In this document: positions 12,738 through 26,900 of the stretch, one piece after another
How the letters are laid out: every line of letters starts with the position of its first letter
Numbering within the stretch: position 1 is the stretch's first letter
Origin: Syncephalis fuscata S228
Taxonomy: Eukaryota; Fungi; Zoopagomycota
DNA length: 64,000 nucleotides
Assembly: GCA_025786725.1 (NCBI GenBank)
Contig: JAHLTZ010000048.1
Coordinates: 72,575-136,574 of the forward strand
Direction: 5' to 3'
Translations under genes and position numbers: made by a program
The notes under the pieces: model-generated
Seen by the model: the letters and a program-made list of their open reading frames with translations, nothing else
The model's database searches: none
What the model was told of the DNA's origin: nothing

Positions 12738-13589
12738 GATAAATTGATAAAATATCTGTTGACAAATTGTATTAATTAAATTTAAACTAAAAGGTAGATT
12801 GTATAAAGCATTATTGATTAATCGTTATAGTGTTTGTTTTTTGACACCAATTTTATTACCCTATATATTAAATTACGATCCAAGAAGGCGATAGCATGAT
12901 CATATACACTACTGTAAAGGGCATAACATATTATCAAAGTATCGTATTCTACATTAATAAATATATGGAACACAAAGTAGAAGTACAAACTTTTAGAATT
13001 ATAGCATACAGTTACATATGGAATATCAATAGGAAAATGGTGTATAATAATATTGAGTTAAGCGCGTGTGTGTGTATATCGGACCAAATCTTCAGCAATA
13101 ATTACAGCAGATTATGATTGCTAATTAGCAAGTATCAATTACTTTCATGCCATTCGTTCATTTCAATAACGTTTTTTGTTATACATTTATTTTTTGGTTT
13201 ATACTTATTCTTCTCTTTATTATGATGTTTTTTGTTTGTTTTAGCAGCGCTATTAGCTATTACGCGCACTCAGTTGTCAATTTGATTGATGTAAAACTAT
13301 CAAGGGGTACACCATTTGATTACGATTGTAATATACTATTACCAGTATAGTAAACGTTGATTGTATAATGGTGCTGATTCTGAAAGTATCAATGGTATAC
13401 TTGAAAATGAATATAATCAATTACACTATTAACATATATTGTTAAAACATTCATACACAGAGTTGTTACCCGAATAAAGATATTACTACAGTCACGTCAA
13501 TTCATATTTGCAACCAATACTAGTATTTTTGCTTGACTAATAGTTGCTGATTGTTAGATACAAATAAATGTAGACATAGATATGATAGC

Positions 13590-14080
13590 TTATTCAAACA
13601 TAACTAAGATGGAACCATGTGTTTATTACTAAAGCTTTCATAGCTGAATAGTCACAGCTAAATGCGGACTTGTGGGTAATATAATGCCGCCATTGATTAA
13701 AAGACAAATAAATTGGAACATTGACTAGAACTTGGTATATGAATAAACTGATTGGCAACTGTCGGATGGTCTTGTTTTCTATTAAATATATACCTAAAGT
13801 ATGCTGAACTAGCAGTTCAATTACACCACCAATATTAACGTCTTGGAAGCGCGGGTTAATGTTTGCCTATACATGTATTTGTAACATATTATACAATCAA
13901 TTTATGATCTACCAATACAAAATGTCACTTACCGGCTATTCGTATTAATTTGGTAACACACACGATACACAGCATATAATTAGTAGATGACCAATTAGTA
14001 TAGAATACCACTTACCAACTATTGACATTGAATTGATGATACCTATAGAGCGTAGTATGTGATTAACACTATACATCATT
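13590..14080 (-). other. Possible small multi-exon gene or gene relic (unresolved model)
   Basis: Several minus-strand GTAAGT/GTATAT donors and YAG acceptors bracket open exons ANINPRFQDVNIGGVIELLVQHTL and VNVPIYLSFNQWRHYITHKSAFSCDYSAMKAL; start not resolved. Confidence 0.25.
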
Positions 14081-14162
14081 ACAACAATAAAGAAAGTAAT
14101 AGGTTTTATTAGCTATTAATAACAAGTATGACTATTTATAAAGTAGGAAGACTAGCTTATAG

Positions 14163-15832
14163 CTAGTTACAACCAGTATCATTATTATGACTATTATGTT
14201 TCGATATGATGGTTGATATTGTACACGTATATTTATACGGAATAGATGGCTTCATCGTAGCATGGAGTACAGCTTTATGGAATTCATCGGGTTGCCATAG
14301 TTTGTCTGTCTGTGCTGTCGTTTGTCTCCATTGGTTTGTGTACGATTGCATCCATCGGCGGAATTGTTTATTGCCATTGCATCCGTATAAGAAGCCTTGT
14401 AATGGGCGAAAAGCCAATGTCGGTCGATTGAGCACAACGAGCCATGACTTAATAACATCTGAGAAAATATTATTATCAAGCGAGTATGAGTAAAGTTAGC
14501 ATCACCTACTTAAATATGCATCTAATACTTGGCGTCTATCAGGAATATCTGCTACATTAAACAATTCTAACGACGATATATTGTTACAACTATTAGCTTA
14601 TAGCGCTGAGTAATGAATATAAATACCATGGTCAAGCGTTTGAATAAACATTGGGTCTTCTCGAACTAACACTAATAATAAGCATATATTATCATGTAAT
14701 TACAAGCCACTTACATCGTCGGCCGAGCATGACACCATCGACATGTGCCAATTGTTCTTTGATTTGATCAACGGTAGTAATACCACCATTAAGAGTGATG
14801 TGTAGGTGTGGCGCTATTTTGCGCAGCATATATACTCGTTCATAGTTAATTGGTGGCACTGTACGGTTTTCTTTGGGCGACAGTCCCTTTAGGTAAGCCT
14901 TGCGAGCATGTACAATAACATGATCAAGTGCCGTGTCAGCCAGTAAAGTTTGTACCTAAACTAAGCATTAGTCTAAGAGAAATTACATTCATGTCGTCTT
15001 GATTTAAAGCATAAATAAATCCGGCTAGATACTAACAAATTGTATAAAATAAGCATCGCTATCGAGTTCGTCAACACCGATACGACACTTGACCGTGAAT
15101 GGTATTGACCGTCGTCTACTATCGATGGTCCGGAGAATTGTGTGCACTTTCTGTGGTGATTTCATTAATGCTGCGCCAAATTGACCGGCCTATTCGGCGG
15201 TCAATGTTATATCTTTGTTAGACGCAATGTGTAAAAATAAATATCAGTGTGAAGTGCTCTTTACCTACCTGTACACTATCGCTAGGACAACCTAGATTTA
15301 AATTTACTTCTGGATATTGAGCATCGGCCAATATTTCATAAGCATCAGCCAGTTCTTCTGGATGCGAACCACCAAGCTGCACAACGGTGCGTGGACATGG
15401 CACACCGACATTCTCGTAAACGGCACCAATACCTTGTTCGTGAGCCAATCGTATAATTTTACGGGCTGGCTGCATTTCCGTGTAAAAGGCGTGATGTAAA
15501 TGATACCCACCACCACTTGGTGATGGTGCAAGTGGTGAAGCTAGCCGTAGCAATTGTAAAAAGAAACGATCGGTCACATCGATCATGGGCGCAACACTTA
15601 TGGGCGCTCTACCTGGTGAATCGTGTACATTTTTCGATATCAATCGTTGATGGCTGTTATCCTGCCTGTTTGCCTGAGTAGAAGGCGCGGCATTGCTATG
15701 GTTATGACGAACACAATCGACAAAGCGGAATTTGTGTGTTTTTATATTTCTACTTCCATTAGTTAACCTGACTGCCTTGGTGTAAAGCCTCATAGGCTGT
15801 ACTTGACAGTAATGAACTGGGTGGTGAAACAT
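14163..15832 (-). CDS. tRNA-dihydrouridine synthase, DusA (Dus20/20a)-like, FMN-dependent
   Basis: [43 protein letters not shown]|[66 protein letters not shown]; five introns; basic N-terminal extension. Confidence 0.9.
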
Positions 15833-17906
15833 TTAAAAAGAAAAAGAAAAACCTCAAAATGCTACACAAATGGTAACAGTGGATGTAACACAGTATTATT
15901 TTTCAAGTGTTTTTTATTTTAAAAGCTAAAGTATAGCAATATAATAAGTAATAATACTGCTATTTCACCTTTAAATCTCCACATCAATGCAATTCTAATG
16001 GTGATAACTAAGCAAAAAAAACTAGTGCTATAAGGCAGAAAAACTAATGCTTATTGTGTGGCAGTCCTAACCACACGTCAATAACAATTTAGTGTTAGTT
16101 GTCGGTGCCATTTTTTAAAAACTAACAATAAAAACTTGTACAGCAATTTGCATATATCATTATACTTACAGACATTATGTCAATTTAATAAAATACAGCG
16201 GTGTTTATTTAAGAATCTAAAGCAATGGTGCATGTTTAAAATATAAACTGGTAGTACATATAGCCAAAAAGTACGTAACTAACGGCTAGTCACGAATACT
16301 GACACCGGCTACAGTGCCAGTTCAAAAAAAGTAGTGCAACAATCAAACTCCCGATGCAATATTGTTTAGTCACAGCTGGCTACTCGCCAGGAAGAAGTAT
16401 TGATGAGCGGAATTGTTCAGGAGGTAAAAAAGAGCAAAGAAGAAGGCAATCAGTGGAGAGGTAACAGCGCATACAACAGCTAACACAGCCATTGAGCTAG
16501 CAATTGTGCACATACAGCAGTAGCAATAATAGCATATTACACTACTGTACTTGTGCTAAAAACATTAAGTGACTATGTTAGCAGTCCAATTTACTACTAT
16601 TGCTGGTGTATGCGTACAGCAGCTGTACATAATGACTGAAAAAGATATATGCTACTAAAAACACTATATGCTTTGGTCTGTCATAGATCGTCGCTGTAGT
16701 TTGTATCAGCAACAGTTTTTGCAATCTTGAAAGTAGCATATTGTACTGCTACTATTAAGATTATACATACTACTGCCAAATGACCTGCAATAGTGACCTA
16801 TAGTAAAAATAAAGCATACAACGAGTTTTCAATAACATATATTCAACACAGCATATGACAAAGCCAAGAATGCACTTGCTATATTAACAAAGGTACCAAT
16901 ACCAATGATCGAAGCAATGAAAATTATTTATAAAAAAGGTTAGATTACAAAAGAGCAATGCAAGTACATAGTGTAAATAGTGTTTGTACATAAATATTAG
17001 TCAGTCAACTACTAGCACTATTTACGTAACATATATGGAGTGTACAAGTATATGCAATGGATATATGCTATCAAGTGTGAAGAAAGAGAAAGGAAATGTG
17101 ATGACGTAGATTGTGAGATGTGGACCCTGTTTATAAACAAAAGAGTTTAATTGATTAATAAATGGTGTGTAAATAATAAAAATCATTTGGCCCCCAAAAC
17201 TAAGCTATCATTATAGAACATGCTTATCAATAGATAATGTATAATAAAAAGATTAAAACCATTTAATACCAAATTTCATTGTTATAGAACATGCTGCCAA
17301 TATAATACTGAGCATAACAGGAAAATATAATAAAAGTCGATGCTTCTTAAAGACAAGTGTAGGCATAGAAGGTGTCACTGTTAAAATAATGAAACATAGT
17401 CATATTTTAGAAGATGAAGCAATAGACCAATAATTTATATGAATAAATAAATAGTGCAATGTTAATGCCAGCAGAAACATGCAAGTATATTCAGTACAAT
17501 GGCCAGTGGTGAATCAAGGCCTTCTGATTTCTTACCGCCTATTATTATAAAAATCAAATTGACACTGTTGCATCAACATCATAATTAAATCATAACATTT
17601 TATTGTAAGTAACATGAAATACTATTTAACATTTATCAACACTAATATTGGATATTGGATATTGTGCAGATTAATTGAGACTGATTAATTCAATCGGAGT
17701 TGATGTAGCACTACAACAAATCACACTTATTAGTAGTAAAAACTAATCAACTGTTTGTTATTTTTTTGTACATTTTATACTGCTATTACTATATTTGGCA
17801 ATATATACATACAGTTTAAATTATATTATATATTGGTTACACTTTATTAATAAACAAATTATGACTAATTTTAACAATTCAAAACTATTTTATTTGATAA
17901 CAGCTA

Positions 17907-19107
17907 TTAAGCCAAAACATTTCGCAAAGAAAGCGGGCAAACCTGTTTTGTTGAACGGAAACCAGCATAATCGCTGTGAGTCTCCCATCCCTCATTCGTG
18001 CATACTTGAGCACTTGAGCATTTGGGGTCCAAATCTCCTTGGCACTGCACCATACCAAACTCAGTTGGTTTTGGTATATAAATCTCATTAAATTTACTAG
18101 AATGAGCTGCACGCTTTTCTGGAGTCAGGCGTCGGTCTTCATCATGTGCAATAAATGGAACAATATCGTTGGCTGCCACCACACGATAAAAAGGCGCGTT
18201 GATCACCGATGCCGTCCAGTCGTCAAAGGCAACATTTCCAATTATGGGCTCGCCATAGGTGTAAACGAATGAAACTGGTATTTGTCGTTTCTGCTTCATA
18301 TAGACAGCGGCTAGATGGCCAAGTGCACCACCGAGTGAATGTCCTATTAATGACGTTCACAATCATAAGTAACCAGCAAGCGTATTTTTGCTATTTTAAC
18401 AACTTACCAACAATGACAATAGTGTGATTGGGATTCTTCTTGTAGGCATTTTCCAAAGCATCTCCTGCAGCCGCAAGCTGTGATATGGCCACGCGCTGGT
18501 AGCCAGAAAACACTTTGGCATCCTTAGGCGTATCTCCAAAATAATTGCTTTCTGGCTTAACACGTCGGTTGTCGGCTGAGTCTAGATAGTTTTGCATGTG
18601 TGCTGAGCCTCGGAACGCAAGCACTATAGAGCGTTGATGCTCATTGACGGCCACATAGTGAGAAGTATTGTTTTGATCGTAGTGACTAGTGACTTCAAAA
18701 CCACCAACAAGCAGAGCTCGTTTATTTGGGCCTAGATGGACATTTGAAAGCTTGCTTGCTGGATAGGTGGAGTTGCAATATGTCATAGCCGCATAGAAGG
18801 CATGTCGATAGATCATTTCCTCGGAGTTGGCGTTTGTTACATTTGGCTGGTTGAATTGTGGGCGAACGCGGTCATCTACGCGAAGGCAGGCGGCTTCAAC
18901 TTCCTCTGGAGATGCAACTGGTCGTGAACGTCCGGCAGCACGATTGGCAATATGAATACTATTTTGGGTAAAGCGCCAGGTGCTACATTTTAGTTGATTT
19001 GCATGTGTAGTCACGGCGTTGGTCACGGCGTTGGCCACTGAACTAAAGGATGCGGCATAGGCTGCTAATGGCGAAGCCAATAAAATATAAATAGCGCTGT
19101 ATTTCAT
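17907..19107 (-). CDS. Secreted class-3 (fungal triacylglycerol) lipase
   Basis: Signal peptide and pro-region; IVLAFRGS; spliced IVIVG|HSLGGALGHL (intron ~18344-18407); YTYGEPIIG; RVVAANDIVP; C-terminal THSDY, giving a Ser-Asp-His triad. Confidence 0.92.
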
Positions 19108-20554
19108 ATTATGTAAACACGATTTACACTGTTTGGGATATGATATGGTATGATGCTATTGCTCAAATTTAAGATTGTAATACCAAAATGCTACGCGATG
19201 ATAAAACAAACACGATAATGATAAAAATAGTGGATGCTACTGATAAATAGAAGTGCTACTACAACATAGTTTTTATAGCAAATGTAACAAATACAAGTAC
19301 ATACTTGTACTTGCAGAGCATAATAGCAAAGACGGGTACCATCGCTGGGTCATGGCATTAAACCACCCTTTGCTCTTTGTTTCAGTATTTCAGGTAATGT
19401 TGGTGGTTTATTTTTAGAAACAATGAAAATAACTAGTTTTTCCAACTGGTCATGGTACTTTCGCCTATTCTATGACTTCGATTTTACAGCACAAAGAAAT
19501 GCATTTCTTTGTTTCGTTAAATGATCCAATGACTAGACGTTGGAAGTTCATTGTATCTACTATTTGCCCACTACTTTATACTATTTTAAGCAAGTAACCA
19601 TGACGATTCGTGCTCAAACAATGTATTTTTATATATATAGGTGTATATATGATTCTTGCTCATAAATAAAGGTTTAACGTCTAGTAAACTGTGTGTACAA
19701 GCATTAACAAAGCTTGTCAAGAGATTACAGCTGGTTATTCCATCAATAAATGTATTCTAAACGGTGTATATTATTGACGATTGCCAAATTAAATTACATC
19801 TATTAAGTTTAAAATATATATGATTATAAAGAATAATATAAAATTATGATGGTGTCGATATGCAATATATAACTGGAAAGTTTAATCATTATACTTTATA
19901 AAAATGTTATCAGATTAAAGCAACAGTACACAGAATTATCTGTTGCACCTTATAAGAATATTGGGAAAATACGCAAAAGGTACCAAAGATTACTAAATAA
20001 AAAATACAACGTTTGGCCAATCACTACTGTTATTAGTATTACTATTGTTATAATCAGCGCTTTAGACAAAAAATGGGCCAAAGCTGCGCTATACTATGTA
20101 GAAAATTCACCAATGATGGCCAATACTATACCGGTTTCAGCCATCATTTGTATATTTCATCAGGTACTCTTTATTAATACCCTTTGTTAGTAAAATAGTT
20201 TAGCGGATATCCAAGTTTTAGAAATCCAAATAGTACTTTGCCGGCTACCTGGGTTTAGTTGAGTAGTAAAGCTTTTATATAAATAGTGAGGCCGAGATCT
20301 AAAACAAATTAGGACTTGAACTGAAATAAAATAATGCCAGGCGGAGTTTTATTGTCGTCATCCCAATTAGTAATGCATCTCTCTTGTTCTCACATTGCTT
20401 TTTTCTTTCAATCGCATCATAGTGACTGTACAGCACGCCACTTTTCTCCTTTGTCCACTTTCAGCAAAAAAACGTTTCTTTACTGCTCAATTAAAAACAT
20501 ATTGATGCAATCTATGTACTTTTTGTTGCTGTAGCGTGTTATCTATTCGCGTGA

Positions 20555-20995
20555 ATGGCAAGGTACTCCAAAAATTTATCGGCAGAAGACTGTCATGCTG
20601 AAGACGAGGAACGCATTCAGCTTCTTACTAAACAAGATAATGTTGCTAGCCCCAGCGTAGCTAATAATGACGACCTTGCTGATAAACAAGGCATGCTACC
20701 CCAGGAGCAAATACTACATCCAGTGGTATCCGGTTTACAACTCAGGCGCCGTTTTATCGCGGTGTTGCTTATGGTAGGTGTTGTGCCATGTACAGTAGTG
20801 CCGTCTGAAGCAATGTCTCGTATTTGCACCTATCCACGCTCAATACGTCTTCTCAAATGCCAGCTCTTCCATCTTCCCTTTCTGGCGACTCGTGGAACGC
20901 TTATAACCTGTTTGGGATTATATGCGCATGTCGATTACTGTAACGAGCAATTACCAGCTGCTCATTATAATCCACGCCATTTAGCACTTAAATAA
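20555..20995 (+). pseudogene. Possible truncated/degenerate membrane-transporter 5' fragment
   Basis: True ATG; acidic N-tail with dileucine-like EERIQLL; basic RRR then hydrophobic FIAVLLMVGVV; no further membrane segments follow. Confidence 0.25.
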
Positions 20996-21449
20996 CCATA
21001 ATGACTTGCTTTCTTTTGGCAAGATAACAACTCCTTCATCTGCTGCTTCGTTTTTGCTATAAATACTGTTGAAAAGACAGGCAACAGGTCATTGACTTAG
21101 TAGTTTACGCCCATTACTTCCCCCCCTCCCCCTGAGCCCTTATTTCATCGTAGTACACATCTTCTTTTCATATTTAGTGTTCAACGATTGCAGTAAATCT
21201 ACCATCTTTACACTTTTTTCAACATATTACATCGCTTATTCACACGTACTTCTACATCCACACTATTTTGCCAGTTTTACTAATTATAGTAATCCGCTAC
21301 ATCGCAACATTTGATTGCTTACAACTACACTATATCACTATCTATTACACGTAGAAATAGCTGGTTAAATCTTTACACCGTTGCAGAAGTTTCGATTACT
21401 ACACGTTGTAATTCAACACTATTGCTGCAACATCTAACTAAACATCATT

Positions 21450-23981
21450 ATGTCCACCATAGACGCTAACGGTGGACGCAGGCGCACCACCTTTGCATCA
21501 AGGAAAAGCACAGACGATGATGATAGTGATAACAACAAACACACTGAGCTGCTATCAAAAAATGGAGAAATTAGTGATGATGAAGCATCAGTAATAAAAA
21601 CTGCCACCGGATACGCCGCAACTGGAGATGTGCCACACTTTACAGTAAGTGAAAATACAACATTTTACACACAAATTGCTTATAATATAATTTGCTATGT
21701 CTCCTTATTAATTGCAATTCAACTAACTACCTAATTTAGTTTCGTGCCGTATTTGTTGGCTTATTGATTGGATCACTTCTTTGTTTTACCAATATGTATT
21801 TCGGCCTTCAAACAGGATGGATTTCAATGATGTCGCTACAATCCTCATTACTTGGCTTTGCTATTTTCAAGCCTCTTAATCGATACCTACGTGTTCCTTT
21901 TGGCCCAATTGAAAATGTATTACTTCAAACAACTGCAGTAGCAACTGCTACGATGCCACTAGCTGGCGGCTTTGTAGGTATTATTCCTGCACTTACTAAA
22001 CTTACGCTCGAAGAAAGCCCAAGCGGCCCAATAAGACCAACATTTGGCCAGCTACTTTTTTGGGGTTTTGGTATTGCATTTTTCGGTGTGTTTTTTGCTA
22101 TTCCCTTGCGAAAGCAAACAATTATTAAGGAAAAGCTACGCTTTCCGTCGGGTACTGCCACAGCCCAAATGATTTCACTATTACATCAACAGCCCGACCC
22201 TACTGAGGAAGAGGAAAAAAACAAAGGTCACAAGCTGCCTGCCTCTGGTAAAGAAATAGATGTAGCGGATGATTATTCCACTGTGGTTTCCTCGAATCAA
22301 CTAAGCACTCCAGAAGACTATGAACGTGATTGGAAATCTAAAATGGTTGCACTATACTGGTCATTTGGCATTAGTGGCGTTTACACATTGGTATCTCATT
22401 TTGTACCAGTTATTAATGCTCTTCCGTTGGGCGATTGGATTACTGGATTTCACGTTCCGTTTGCAAAGTGGAACTGGTACTTGACTCCATCTTTCAGTTA
22501 CGCCGGTCAAGGAATTATCATGGGCCTTCACACGACTATATCTATGCTGGCTGGTGCTATTGTTGGCTGGGGTATTCTCGGTCCTGCTGCTCACGCAAAA
22601 GGATGGGCGCCCGGCAACGTTAACGACACTGTCGATAGTCCTAGAAGCTGGATTCTTTGGATATCACTTGCCATCATGATATCCGAATCCCTCGTATCTT
22701 TATCGGTTGTTACCATAAAGGAAGTGGCTAAACGCTGGCAAGACCGCCAGGAGGCCCGCCAACGACAAGACGGTGCTACAGAGGCTCAGAGGCAGCGTGA
22801 ACAGCATCAGCTACTACTAGACGAAGACGAAAACTTACCTGCTTACATGAAAGTACCAGATTGGGTCACCTACGGTGGTTTGGTAGTCAGCTCAGCTCTA
22901 TGTGTTGTTGCAGCCAGTGCTGTCTTCGACATCACTTGGTACGCCAGCCTTCTTTCGGTAGTTCTTGCCTGTTTCTTTAGTATTATAGCAGTGAGTATTT
23001 AAAACCTTAAAATAATTGGGTAATCACGTGTTTAGTAGTTAAATAATACATCGGCTGTTAATGGTGCTACACGCTGTGCACTCAGTTAATTACTTAATTA
23101 TGTTGATTATTTAATTCACAACTACTACTATTATTTATACAATTAAACTAACAATAATTTTAATTGTATTGTAGGTTCGTGCACTTGGAGAAACTGATTT
23201 AAATCCAGTTAGTGGTATTGGTAAACTTTCTCAAGTCATTTTTGCCGGCGTCGCTCCTGGAAATATTATAGCCAATCTAATTGCCGGCGGTATCGCCGAG
23301 GCCGGCGCACAACAGGCCGGTGATATGATGCAAGATCTCAAAACAGGCCATCTGTTGCATGCATCGCCACGCGCACAGTTCTACGGACAGCTAGCCGGTA
23401 GCTTTTTCTCAGTCATTGTAGCGGTCCTATCCTATTGGGTGTTTTCTACTGTATACACAATCCCGGGACCTGAATTCACAGTGCCCACTGCAGATGTAAG
23501 TATTGCATGGCTTTCAATATCAAATTATACTGACAAAGGCCTGCATGGCGTTACTTCGTAGATATGGTTGAAAATGTCACGTTTGGTTAATGGCCAGCCT
23601 TTGCCGCCTAACAGCGTACCGTTCATTATTGGTTCGGCTATTTTGTTTGCCATTCCTCCACTTCTTGAGCTAGTGCGCCCAAATGCCCGCTTCCTGCGCT
23701 ATCTTCCTTCAGGAATTGCATTTGCCATGGGGATCTACACTACACCAAACTACGTAATTCCACGCTTCATTGGCGCTTTGGGTGCTGAAATCTACAAGCG
23801 TTACCGCACTAATAAGGACCCATCGGTAGCTCGGTCACTTCGGGTACTTATCATTGTCGTTGCAAGCGGCTTTGTCTTAGGCGAAGGCATAATAGCACTT
23901 GTAAACCTCATTTTATCAGCATGCCATATTAAAGCGGCCACTTGCGCTGGATGTATCCCGGGTACCTGCCCAGGATGCTAA
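21450..23981 (+). CDS. OPT superfamily oligopeptide/metal-chelate transporter (YSL clade, yeast YGL114W-like)
   Basis: Four exons (introns ~21645-21739, 22991-23174, 23496-23561); FT|FRAVFVG, NMYFGLQTGWISMMSLQSSLLGF, FGPIENVLLQT, LRFPSGTATAQ, RALGETDLNPVSGIGK, AGDMMQDLKTGHL, ASGFVLGEG. Confidence 0.93.
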
Positions 23982-26900
23982 TAGTCTGCATCGATAGATG
24001 TAGTATTATTATGGCCGTAACTCCGCGTTATTCGATTTGATACTGCCTTATAATTTTGTTAACATGTAAATCTAACATTTACATTGCATTACAATTGTTT
24101 TGTTTCCATTCAAATGCAATATTGGTTTATTTGTTGCATGGTTAGTACCTCAATAAAACAGACTTTGTATGTGTGCACTGCAGAGTCCCAGTTTTCAAAA
24201 GCTAGCCCCCTTGCGTATCTGCCATGTGCCTCCATTGACGTGTACATATGCTTGCGCAAACTGCATAAAGTGCATATGATTTCCATTTAAAACATATACT
24301 TGTTTGCTGTAGAATCAAGTCATGTATGTTCTATATGTTTAACAGATTGCTAGGATAGTTGTTGATACGTCAATAATGCAAGCTGACGCATGATCACTGT
24401 TGCGCGGCTAGGCTTAAACTTCCGTTTTATGTGTAACAACAATTGGTTCTTGTGCGCGCAGTCCTTCAGCAAAATCACATGCATATTGGTTCCTGCAATA
24501 AAACATCGCTACCCGTTTTATTTGCTCAATTTGGAACAGTCTTATTCAACAATACAGTAAAAATTTTGCAGTGACATTTATTGAAGCTTGCATACGAAGC
24601 AATAGTTGCAAAGTAATGCAGCTGTGTTGATTTACGCGTCAGCCATTAAGGTAGACTACTTTATGGGGCAATTGGTTTTATTTTAATTCACCACTTAGGC
24701 TTTGTACTCACTTATTTCAAACTCCGATGTAACATAATCATGTTGCATTTGACTAAAGTGATTGACCGTACATAACAACCACATAGGATTAGAGCACTGA
24801 CGCCTGTGGTATGACTGCTCGAGTACTCGGTATTGCAGTACGCAGCTAACATGTGGCAGGTGCATCTGAACGATGTTCAGGGTGTTGACCAGTAAGCTTG
24901 AGTGCTATTTCTACTTTGGAACTCGGCCTTAGTCAACACGCATATGAAGAGCCAGTGAATGACAGAGATAGCCAAAAAGGAAAGAGTGCATACAAGGCGC
25001 TGTAAAGAAAGATAGCACGACAGCACTGCTTTCAGCATCATCAGCATCATCAGCATCAGCATCATCATCACCATCATTATTGCTACGACAGCAATGATTA
25101 CTGCACCTATTAAATCAATTTCCAGTTTTTCAATTTCCACATGTATATTTGGACAAGGTTGTCGGCTGTATCACTGAACAATGTGGCACAGGACCGGTTT
25201 GAATCACACGGACAGTTAGGTAGTTGACTTCATTGACGCCTGATCGTGCCAATAAAGAATTCAAGGGTTTAGTCTTTTGTTTAATTCACACTATTTTTTG
25301 CACGCTAACCGGCTCAAGTCGTACACAAACATTCTCCGAGAATAACTAGAAAAACACATTTAGCGTGCTTCATCAGAAATATCTTTATCCATTTGTACAT
25401 ATTTCATTACCCTCAAAGTCAGGTTGACCACTTAGTTCTATGCTTTGCACGCTAGTAGTCTCTGCCTTATTGGGACTGTTTTTTGCACTAACATCCTTTT
25501 CTTTCCGACGCACCTGTTCAGGGGGACTGAATTGCGCAGCTACGCGGCAGAACAATATTATAAATTAACAGCGATAGTGCTTGCCATCGGCCAATTTTGT
25601 CCATCTCATTCCTTCCATCTTAAACTCGCCCAATCCACTTATCTACCGCTTCCTTTTCCTTCATCGTCGCTATTTCTATTTTTGCTACGATTCAATATAT
25701 ACCGCGTTCGTCTCGTCATTCTTTTCTGCGTTAACTTTACATAAATATATATATACTCTTGTTCCTTCATCTCCAACTTTATCGCCAAAGTGGTGCTTCC
25801 TTTTCTTTTCACTGTTTTTTATTGAACAAGCAAAGTGAAGCAACATTGTTACGTGTTTCTACAATATCGCGTAACGGCAGGTTCAATTTACGTACTTTAT
25901 ATGTAAACTGCCTCGACATAAAGTTGAAGTGTTCAATAATTACAAACATACGTTATTCTTTAGTCAATCTGACTTACGTTAAAGCCTTCAATCTGAATCT
26001 AAGGTAACATAGTTTTGCTATTTGTGATAATGCTAAGCAGTATAAAAACAAAAAGTTGTGCAAACCATATTGGTATATTAGACTAATCCTGCAGCTGTTT
26101 TTATTAAATTAACATAATCATACAATCAATTTGATTTATTTATAGCTAGTTTCAATTCACCTCGACGTACAACAAAATAGTTTTATTATTTTTACGGAAT
26201 TATTGATTTAATAGGTAACTATCTAGTTAAATAATTCAAGTATTGAAAAATTACTATACTAATTGCTGCTGTTTTTACTATTTGTTTTTATTACCATCAT
26301 TGTTACCAATATCGTTGAATATTATTACCAATTATTGTTATTGTTGTTGTTGTCATAATCACCATAATCAATATTATCAACAATATTACTGCTATTATCG
26401 CTAATTATCATACCGCCATTATCATCATCATCATCATCACTATTATTAATAATAATATTAAGTACAAACTTGTTAGGCAAACCTGGTTATTTTAAAAAAA
26501 ACCATCATAGACGTCTACACAAAGTGAATTGAAGTAGTAAATTAAGCAGGTTAGTGATTAACTAAAATTTATTAGTATGATTACCCTTAGTATAATTATA
26601 ATTATAACTACAAGTGCTACTACTATTATGCAATATTCATTAGTAATACTTGATATGTTTGTAACTATTGCGCTACTTAAAATAATTTGGCGCCAATATA
26701 TTACAAAAATTCAATAACAGAGGTGGAAAAGCAAAATCTAAAAGCAACTGCTTTTATTAATTGATATCGTCGTAAATTAAACAACAATAGCATAGCATAC
26801 TATTAGTTTTACCTTTTGCTATGTAATAACTTTTAATTTAAACATAGCATGGCAACTTTCACATGCGCATATCAAACACGTTTGAGCTAATAAGCATGAT

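Noticed and set aside
17208-17305. TTATAGAACATGCT direct repeat ~70 bp apart
   Set aside because: Only two copies in AT-rich intergenic DNA; probably a local duplication.
24877-25140. Met/Leu-rich ORF over a (CAT/CAG)n tract
   Set aside because: Produced by a microsatellite, has a non-ATG start and no supporting gene structure.
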